From the IMG/VR virus record IMGVR_UViG_2684622579_000003: a stretch of 24,498 bases of DNA; one strand, 5' to 3'. The translations under genes and the position numbers were made by a program. Each line of letters begins with the position of its first letter. Position 1 is the first letter of the stretch. The stretch comes from a virus (Duplodnaviria; Heunggongvirae; Uroviricota; Caudoviricetes). Below, piece after piece: positions 18,472 through 24,498 of the stretch. Under the pieces are notes generated by a model, which was not told where the DNA came from, made no database searches, and worked only from the letters and a program-made list of their open reading frames with translations.

Positions 18472-18687
18472 ATGACGCTTGAGCGAATCAGCGCCTTTAT
18501 CACGTATTGCATCGCCGTCGTGCTGGCCTGGCTGGGCGATTTGTCCATCAAGGATGCCTCAACGCTGGGCGGCCTGATGATCGGTGTGCTGATGCTGGCT
18601 ATCAACTGGTACTACAAACACAAAGCCTACCAGCTTCTGCGCTACGGGCAGATCACGCGGGAGGACTATGAATCCATCAATCGTTAA
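18472..18687 (+). CDS. Y: Holin (71 aa, two predicted TM segments)
   Basis: Two hydrophobic stretches (AFITYCIAVVLAWLG and LGGLMIGVLMLAINWYY) with a charged C-terminus, immediately upstream of the endolysin. Confidence 0.7.
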   Translation: MTLERISAFITYCIAVVLAWLGDLSIKDASTLGGLMIGVLMLAINWYYKHKAYQLLRYGQITREDYESINR

Positions 18688-19180
18688 ACGCTGCCTTGTC
18701 GGGACCGTGCTGGCTATTGCTGCCACGCTGCCGGGTTTTCAGCAGCTTCACACCTCCGTGGAGGGACTGAAACTGATTGCCGATTACGAAGGCTGTCGTC
18801 TGCAGCCGTATCAGTGCAGCGCGGGTGTATGGACTGACGGCATTGGTAATACGTCGGGCGTCATTCCCGGCAAAACCATTACGGAACGACAGGCAGCAGA
18901 AGGGCTTATCTCCAACGTGCTGCGTGTGGAGCGGGCGCTGGAAAGATGTGTGAAGCAACAGCCGCCACAAAAGGTGTATGACTCGGTGGTGTCGTTTGCC
19001 TTCAACGTGGGGACAGGCAATGCCTGCAGCTCCACGCTGGTGAAATTGCTCAATCAGCGGCGCTGGGCGGATGCGTGCCGACAGTTGCCGCGCTGGGTTT
19101 ATGTAAAAGGTGTGTTTAATCAGGGGCTGGATAACCGCCGTGCGCGGGAGATGGCCTGGTGTTTACAGGGAGCAAACTGA
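18668..19180 (+). CDS. K: Endolysin, GH24 lysozyme-like with N-terminal SAR-like hydrophobic segment (170 aa)
   Basis: Catalytic-region signature EGLKLIADYEGCRLQPYQC.AGVWTDGIGNT (Glu ... Asp ... Thr triad context). The N-terminus (VGTVLAIAATLPG) is hydrophobic and weakly charged, as in signal-anchor-release endolysins. Confidence 0.8.
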   Translation: MNPSIVKRCLVGTVLAIAATLPGFQQLHTSVEGLKLIADYEGCRLQPYQCSAGVWTDGIGNTSGVIPGKTITERQAAEGLISNVLRVERALERCVKQQPPQKVYDSVVSFAFNVGTGNACSSTLVKLLNQRRWADACRQLPRWVYVKGVFNQGLDNRRAREMAWCLQGAN

Positions 19181-19181
19181 A

Positions 19182-19559
19182 ATGAAAAAGAAATTAATCA
19201 GCGGACTGTTTCTGATGTTATGGATGGCGCTGTTAATCGCAGCAATGGTGTATCCGCAGGGGATCTTTCCGGTACTGGCAGCGTCCGGCGTTTGGGTAGC
19301 CTGTTTGCTGACATGGGCGGTAATTCCGGTAGCACTGGCTGCGTTAATTCAGAATGGCCCGCTCTGGCAGGAGTTAAGGGCATCTTTGCTGAAGACAATT
19401 ACCCGAAAAGAAAACGTATTTATCAGTTGGGTGATGCGATTGCTGATTGTTGTAAGTCTCGCCTGGACGGGGTGGGCTATTACCCTGGTCTTTTATCTAC
19501 TGACCGTTATTGCCTTCTGGATCACCCGTAATCAGATGGCGCAACAGGTAGCAGCATGA
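19182..19559 (+). CDS. lysA: LysA-like membrane protein (lysis timing/antiholin-like), about 125 aa
   Basis: Multiple hydrophobic TM segments. Start at the ATG at 19182 just after the endolysin stop, within track ORF 19110..19559. Position matches P2 lysA. Confidence 0.6.
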   Translation: MKKKLISGLFLMLWMALLIAAMVYPQGIFPVLAASGVWVACLLTWAVIPVALAALIQNGPLWQELRASLLKTITRKENVFISWVMRLLIVVSLAWTGWAITLVFYLLTVIAFWITRNQMAQQVAA

Positions 19560-19984
19560 ACCGGTTGCTGCTGGTTGTGCTGGCGTTATTACTAGCGGCG
19601 CTGGGCTGGCAGACGTGGCGGCTGGCTGATGCCAGCCAGACCATCAGCACGCAGGCAAACGAGCTGCAGAGCAAAAGCCAGGCACTGGCAAAGAGCAACA
19701 GCCAGCTTATCAGCCTGTCCATTCTGACTGAAACCAATAACCGGGAGCAGGCGCGGCTCTATGCCGAAGCAGAACAGACCAGCGCACAGCTGAGACAACG
19801 ACAACGCCGGATCGAGGAACTGAAACGTGAGAACGAGGATTTACGCCACTGGGCTGATACTCCTTTGCCTGCTGACATTATCCGGCTGCGGGAACGTCCG
19901 GCACTCACCGGAGGTGCAGCTTACCGTCAGTGGTTGTCCGCGAGTGACGCCGTGTCGGCTGGAGCAGGCAGCACCGCGCACTAA
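19556..19984 (+). CDS. lysB: LysB, Rz-like inner-membrane spanin (142 aa)
   Basis: N-terminal TM segment (LLLVVLALLLAALGW) followed by a coiled-coil-like, Q/E/R-rich periplasmic domain. Confidence 0.75.
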   Translation: MNRLLLVVLALLLAALGWQTWRLADASQTISTQANELQSKSQALAKSNSQLISLSILTETNNREQARLYAEAEQTSAQLRQRQRRIEELKRENEDLRHWADTPLPADIIRLRERPALTGGAAYRQWLSASDAVSAGAGSTAH

Positions 19985-20117
19985 CGGTGATCTGAATGCG
20001 TTGCTGGATGAAACGGAGGCCGCCTGGGCGGTCTGTGCAGACAAAGTGGACATGATTATTGCGTGTCAGGAGCGAAACAGTGAACAAACCACAATCCCTG
20101 CGCCACGCCCTCAATAA
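19827..20117 (+). CDS. lysC: LysC, Rz1-like outer-membrane lipoprotein spanin (96 aa), overlaps lysB in another frame
   Basis: Lipoprotein signal with lipobox LTLSGC, Pro-rich mature region; embedded in and extending beyond lysB as in P2. Confidence 0.7.
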   Translation: MRTRIYATGLILLCLLTLSGCGNVRHSPEVQLTVSGCPRVTPCRLEQAAPRTNGDLNALLDETEAAWAVCADKVDMIIACQERNSEQTTIPAPRPQ

Positions 20118-20511
20118 AGCGGTGCCTTATGTCCGCAATAACCCGGACAAACTGCATCTGTTTGTGGATAACGGTTCGCTGGTTGCCACGGGGGCCAGCT
20201 CCATGTCATGGGAGTACCGCTACACCCTGAACGTGGTGATTGAGGATTTCAGCGGCGACCAGAATCTGCTGATGGCCCCGGTTTTGCTGTGGCTGCGTGA
20301 TAACCAGCCCGATGCCATCAATAACCCGGCGTTACGGGAAAAGCTATTCACCTTTGAGGTGGATATTCTGCGCAACGATGTCTGTGATATCAGCCTCAAC
20401 CTGCAACTGACGGAGCGTGTGCTGGTCAGCACTGACGGCAGTGTGTCGAGCGTTGAAGCTATAGCGGAACCTGATGAACCTGAAGAAATGTGGACGGTGA
20501 AACGTGGCTGA
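20059..20511 (+). CDS. R: Tail completion protein (P2 gpR-like); true start may be the GTG at 20080
   Basis: KPQSLRHAL...NPDKLHLFVDNGS...YRYTLNVVIEDFSGD...LLMAPVLLWLRDNQPD recalls P2 gpR. Confidence 0.8.
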   Translation: MRVRSETVNKPQSLRHALNKAVPYVRNNPDKLHLFVDNGSLVATGASSMSWEYRYTLNVVIEDFSGDQNLLMAPVLLWLRDNQPDAINNPALREKLFTFEVDILRNDVCDISLNLQLTERVLVSTDGSVSSVEAIAEPDEPEEMWTVKRG

Positions 20512-20950
20512 ACTGCAGAAAGTGGACGACTGGCTGAGTGCCTTGCTGGCGAATCTGGAGCCAGCCGCAAGAAGCCGCATGATGCGCCAGCTGGCGCAGG
20601 AACTACGCCGGACACAGCAGCAAAATATCAGAATGCAGCGCAATCCAGATGGCAGCAGTTATGAACCGCGACGGGTAACAGCACGCAGTAAAAAAGGCCG
20701 TATCAAACGTCAGATGTTTGCAAAGCTGCGCACCACAAAATACCTGAAAACTTCCGCCAGCGCCGACTCTGCCAGCGTGCAGTTTGAAGGCAAGGTGCAG
20801 CGCATTGCCCGCGTTCACCATTACGGCCTGCGAGATCGCGTCAGTCGTAAGGGACCGGAGGTGCGTTACGCAGAGCGTCGCCTTCTGGGTGTAAATGATG
20901 ATGTTGAGGCAATGACCCGCGACATGATTCTGCAATGGCTGGCGGGGTGA
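20504..20950 (+). CDS. S: Tail completion protein (P2 gpS-like), 148 aa
   Basis: Coupled to R by an overlapping start; size and position match P2 S. Confidence 0.8.
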   Translation: MAELQKVDDWLSALLANLEPAARSRMMRQLAQELRRTQQQNIRMQRNPDGSSYEPRRVTARSKKGRIKRQMFAKLRTTKYLKTSASADSASVQFEGKVQRIARVHHYGLRDRVSRKGPEVRYAERRLLGVNDDVEAMTRDMILQWLAG

Positions 20951-20954
20951 TCTT

Positions 20955-20972
20955 TGTATCAGCACTGATACA
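20955..20972. promoter_or_regulatory. TGT-N12-ACA palindromic element (TGTATCAGCACTGATACA) upstream of V; candidate Ogr-dependent late promoter PV site
   Basis: Perfect 18-bp palindrome with TGT-N12-ACA architecture, about 47 bp upstream of the V ATG; read directly from sequence. Confidence 0.6.
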
Positions 20973-21018
20973 AGTTGCAGCACTGCCGCCTTTCTTCCCC
21001 TGATGGCAACCTTTCCCT

Positions 21019-21597
21019 ATGAACGCACAATTAACCGAAATCATGCGCCTTATCACCAACCTGATCCGCACAGGGGTAGTCACCGAAGTGGACAGGGAAA
21101 ACTGGCTTTGCCGGGTGAAAACGGGCGAGCTTGAAACCAACTGGATCAGCTGGCTGACGCTGCGTGCCGGGAATGCCCGTACATGGTGGCGACCATCGGA
21201 AGGTGAGCAGGTGGTGCTGCTGAGTCTGGGCGGCAATCTGGAAACCGCCTTTGCGCTGCCCGCTGTCTATTCGAATCAGTTCGCACCACCGTCGACGTCG
21301 GCGGACGCCTGCGTGACAGAACATCCTGACGGTGGCTGGTTTGAATACGAACCCGCCACCGGGCGCTGGTATGTCAGGGGCATCAAATCAATGGTCATTG
21401 AGGCTGCTGACAACATCACCATGAAAACCAGTGAGTTTGTACTGGAGGCTGACCGCACGCGCATTAACAGCGAAGTGGTGATCAATGGTGGCGTTACCCA
21501 GGGCGGCGGAGCGATGAGTTCTAACGGGATCGTGGTTGATGCGCATCAGCATACTGGCGTCCTGAAAGGCGGCGATACAACCGGAGGCCCGGTATGA
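21019..21597 (+). CDS. V: Baseplate spike/assembly protein (P2 gpV-like), 192 aa
   Basis: RTWWRPSEGEQV...GG.L.TAF.LP..YS and C-terminal HQHTG...GGDTTGGP recall P2 gpV. Confidence 0.85.
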   Translation: MNAQLTEIMRLITNLIRTGVVTEVDRENWLCRVKTGELETNWISWLTLRAGNARTWWRPSEGEQVVLLSLGGNLETAFALPAVYSNQFAPPSTSADACVTEHPDGGWFEYEPATGRWYVRGIKSMVIEAADNITMKTSEFVLEADRTRINSEVVINGGVTQGGGAMSSNGIVVDAHQHTGVLKGGDTTGGPV

Positions 21598-21953
21598 CGC
21601 TTTATAGCGGGATGAACAATACCAGCGGCAAAGTCATTACTGATATTGATCATCTGCGCCAGTCGGTGCGGGACATTCTGCTGACACCGCAGGGTAGCCG
21701 TATTGCCCGCCGGGAATATGGTTCCCTGCTGTCGGCACTGATAGATCAGCCACAAAATCCGGCATTACGCCTGCAGGTCATGTCGGCAGTGTATGTGGCG
21801 CTGAGTCGCTGGGAGCCACGGTTGACGCTGGATTCCATCACCATCAACAGCAATTTTGACGGTTCAATGGTGGTGGAGCTGACCGGGCGGCGGAATAACG
21901 GTGTGCCTGTGTCCCTTTCCGTATCAACAGGAGCAGAGAATGGCAGTGATTGA
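21594..21953 (+). CDS. W: Baseplate wedge protein (P2 gpW-like, GPW/gp25 family), 119 aa
   Basis: Size and position; overlapping start/stop coupling with V and J. Confidence 0.8.
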   Translation: MTLYSGMNNTSGKVITDIDHLRQSVRDILLTPQGSRIARREYGSLLSALIDQPQNPALRLQVMSAVYVALSRWEPRLTLDSITINSNFDGSMVVELTGRRNNGVPVSLSVSTGAENGSD

Positions 21954-22848
21954 CCTTTCGCAGTTGCCTGCACCGCAGATTGTGGATGTGCCGGACTTTG
22001 AGACGCTGCTTGCCGAACGCAAGGCAGAATTTGTGGCGCTTCATCCGAAAGATGAGCAGGAAGCAGTGATCCGCACGCTGGAACTGGAATCTGAACCCGC
22101 CACTAAATTGTTGCAGGAGAACGCTTACCGTGAGTTGCTTCTGCGCCAGCGCATTAACGAAGCCGCGCAGGCGGTGATGGTGGCTTACGCGATGGGCGGC
22201 GATCTTGACCAGCTCGCTGCCAACTACAACGTGACACGCCTGACGGTGACGCCTGCTGATAATGATGCTGTGCCGCCCGTTGCAGCTGTGATGGAAAGCG
22301 ATGAAGCGTTGCGCCTGCGTGTGCCTGCAGCCTTTGAAGGGCTTTCTGTTGCGGGGCCAACTGCAGCTTATGAATTTCATGCCCGAAGCGCCGACGGTCG
22401 GGTGGCGGATGCCAGTGCAACCAGCCCGGCACCTGCAGAGGTGGTGCTGACTGTCCTTAGCCGCGAAGGCGATGGAACTGCAGAAAAAGACCTGCTGGAC
22501 GTGGTGGAAAAAGCTCTGAACAGTGAGAACGTCCGCCCGGTGGCTGACCGTCTTACGGTTCGCAGCGCAGAAATCATCCCGTATCGCGTGGAAGCCACCA
22601 TTTTTCTCTATCCTGGACCGGAAGCAGAGCCGGTAATGGCAGCGGCAAAAGCCAGCCTGCAGAAGTACATCGCCAGTCAGACGCGTCTTGGTCGGGATAT
22701 TCGCCGTAGCGCCATCTTTGCCGCCCTGCATGTTGAGGGGGTGCAGCGTGTGGAGCTGGCTTCTCCTCTGGCGGATGTGGTCCTGAACAAAACACAGGCG
22801 GCATCATGTACGCAGTGGAGCGTAACCAACGGAGGAACGGATGAATAG
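21940..22848 (+). CDS. J: Baseplate assembly protein (P2 gpJ-like)
   Basis: Start placed at the ATG at 21940 (MAVIDLSQLP), overlapping the W stop, within track ORF 21901..22848. Size and position match P2 J. Confidence 0.8.
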   Translation: MAVIDLSQLPAPQIVDVPDFETLLAERKAEFVALHPKDEQEAVIRTLELESEPATKLLQENAYRELLLRQRINEAAQAVMVAYAMGGDLDQLAANYNVTRLTVTPADNDAVPPVAAVMESDEALRLRVPAAFEGLSVAGPTAAYEFHARSADGRVADASATSPAPAEVVLTVLSREGDGTAEKDLLDVVEKALNSENVRPVADRLTVRSAEIIPYRVEATIFLYPGPEAEPVMAAAKASLQKYIASQTRLGRDIRRSAIFAALHVEGVQRVELASPLADVVLNKTQAASCTQWSVTNGGTDE

Positions 22849-23446
22849 TCTGCTGCCACCGGGTTCAACACCACTGGAGCGCCGACTGGCGCAAACCTGC
22901 AGCGGGATTTCTGATCTGCAGGTGCCGCTTCGTGATTTGTGGAATCCGGCAACCTGTCCGGTCAGTTTCCTGCCTTATCTCGCCTGGGCGTTCTCTGTGG
23001 ATCGCTGGGACGAGGGCTGGACAGAAAGCGTCAAGCGCCAGGTGGTGAAGGATGCTTTTTATATTCATCAGCATAAAGGGACCACCAGTGCCGTGCGGCG
23101 GGTGGTGGAGCCGTTCGGATTCCTGATCCGCATTATTGAGTGGTGGCAGACCGGAGAAACACCGGGCACGTTTCGCCTGGATATCGGCGTGCAGGACCAG
23201 GGCATCACTGAAGATACCTATCTGGAACTTGAGCGACTGATAAGCGATGCCAAACCATGTAGCCGCCACATGATCGGCATGTCCATCAATCTGCAGACCA
23301 GCGGCCCGCATTGGGTGGGAGCCGCCAGCTATCTTGGCGAAGAAATCACGATCTATCCGTATATCAACGAAACGATTATTTCCGGTGGCACCGCGCATGA
23401 AGGCGGGGCGGTCCATGTTATTGACACAATGAGAGTGAATCCATGA
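22841..23446 (+). CDS. I: Baseplate/tail-formation protein (P2 gpI-like), 201 aa
   Basis: Follows J with an overlapping start; size matches P2 I. Confidence 0.8.
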   Translation: MNSLLPPGSTPLERRLAQTCSGISDLQVPLRDLWNPATCPVSFLPYLAWAFSVDRWDEGWTESVKRQVVKDAFYIHQHKGTTSAVRRVVEPFGFLIRIIEWWQTGETPGTFRLDIGVQDQGITEDTYLELERLISDAKPCSRHMIGMSINLQTSGPHWVGAASYLGEEITIYPYINETIISGGTAHEGGAVHVIDTMRVNP

Positions 23447-24498
23447 GCACAAAATTTTATACCCTGCTGACGGATATTGGCGCGGCGAAACTTGCCAGCG
23501 CCGCCGCGCTCGGTGTGCCGCTAAAAATTACCCATATGGCGGTGGGCGATGGCGGTGGAGTATTGCCAACGCCGGACGCAAAGCAGACGGCACTGGTAAA
23601 TGAGAAACGCCGGGCTGCGCTGAATATGCTTTATATCGACCCGCAGAACAGCAGCCAGATTATTGCCGAACAGGTGATCCCTGAAAACGAGGGCGGTTGG
23701 TGGATACGTGAAGTGGGCCTGTTTGATGAGTCAGGGGCATTGATTGCCGTGGGCAACTGCCCGGAAAGCTATAAGCCGCAACTGGCTGAAGGTAGCGGGC
23801 GCACTCAGACCGTGCGCATGGTGCTGATTACCAGCAGCACGGACAATATCACCCTGAAAATCGACCCTGCTGTAGTGCTGGCAACCCGCAAGTATGTGGA
23901 TGACAAGGCACTGGAGCTGAAGGTGTACGCGGATGATCAGATGGCAAAACATCTTGCCGCACCGGACCCGCATTCACAGTACGCGCCAAAAGCCAGCCCG
24001 ACATTTACCGGAACCCCCAAAGCGCCAACGCCAGCGGCGGGGAATAATACCACGCAGGTTGCGACCACTGCGTTTGTACAGGCGGCACTGACGGCCCTTA
24101 TTAATGGTGCGCCAGCCACGCTGGACACGCTGAAAGAAATAGCCGCAGCCATTAACAATGATCCGAATTTCAGTACCACCATTAACAATGCGCTGGCACT
24201 AAAAGCACCGTTGTCGAGTCCGGCACTCACCGGAACGCCAACAGCCCCCACGGCGGCGCAGTCGGTCAACAATACACAGATTGCCACTACGGCTTTTGTG
24301 AAATCGGCGATTGCGGCAATGGTGGGTTCTGCACCTGCGGCACTGGATACACTGAACGAACTGGCGGCGGCGCTGGGGAATGACCCGAACTTTGCCACGA
24401 CAATGCTTAATGCACTGGCAGGTAAACAACCGCTGGACAATACGCTGACTAATTTGAGTGGAAAGGATGTAGCTGGTCTTCTCGCATACCTTGGTTTG
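23443..24498 (+). CDS. H: Tail fibre protein (P2 gpH-like), 5' portion only; ORF runs off the window end
   Basis: Translation from the ATG at 23443 gives MSTKFYTLLTDIGAAKLASAAALG...MAVGDGGG...AESYKP.LAEGSGR.QT.RMV...YVDDK and a C-terminal NELAAALGNDPNFATTM.NALAGKQP block, recalled as typical of P2 H. Open to the window end, hence absent from the ORF track. Confidence 0.85.
   Translation, partial: MSTKFYTLLTDIGAAKLASAAALGVPLKITHMAVGDGGGVLPTPDAKQTALVNEKRRAALNMLYIDPQNSSQIIAEQVIPENEGGWWIREVGLFDESGALIAVGNCPESYKPQLAEGSGRTQTVRMVLITSSTDNITLKIDPAVVLATRKYVDDKALELKVYADDQMAKHLAAPDPHSQYAPKASPTFTGTPKAPTPAAGNNTTQVATTAFVQAALTALINGAPATLDTLKEIAAAINNDPNFSTTINNALALKAPLSSPALTGTPTAPTAAQSVNNTQIATTAFVKSAIAAMVGSAPAALDTLNELAAALGNDPNFATTMLNALAGKQPLDNTLTNLSGKDVAGLLAYLGL

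Noticed and set aside
21844-22731. 295-aa minus-strand ORF overlapping J and W
   Set aside because: Antisense to well-supported baseplate genes; Cys/Arg/His-rich low-complexity translation typical of a spurious GC-rich reverse frame.
23937-24440. 167-aa minus-strand ORF at the window end
   Set aside because: Antisense to the tail-fibre gene H, whose plus-strand translation is recognisable; Ala/Gly/Val-rich artefact of the repeat region.
1-24498. CRISPR arrays, tRNA/attachment-site genes, IS elements
   Set aside because: No regularly spaced short direct repeats, no tRNA-like sequence and no transposase-like ORF were seen. The att site and any tRNA integration target would lie left of position 1, outside this window.

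Overview
This window is most of a P2/186-family temperate myovirus prophage from an enterobacterial host, running from the integrase stop codon (position 1) into the tail-fibre gene H (truncated at the window end). All calls rest on reading the ORF translations and sequence motifs by eye; no database search was run. The gene order is int, a 186-type immunity region (cI, apl, cII), early genes with an orphan Dam methylase and replication gene A, a LexA-boxed DinI-like module, cos, then the late genes Q/P, O-N-M-L-X, a lysis cassette, and tail/baseplate genes R-S-V-W-J-I-H. Three AT-rich cargo insertions stand out against this backbone. The most interesting is a KAP-family P-loop NTPase plus a CI paralog with a duplicated DNA-binding domain, both wedged between cI and int, on the same strand and tightly spaced with them; I propose this as a candidate lysogen-expressed defence or exclusion module. 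The second is a DUF2971-like protein at the tin/old-equivalent locus between gene A and cos. The third is a 98-aa moron between cos and portal gene Q.
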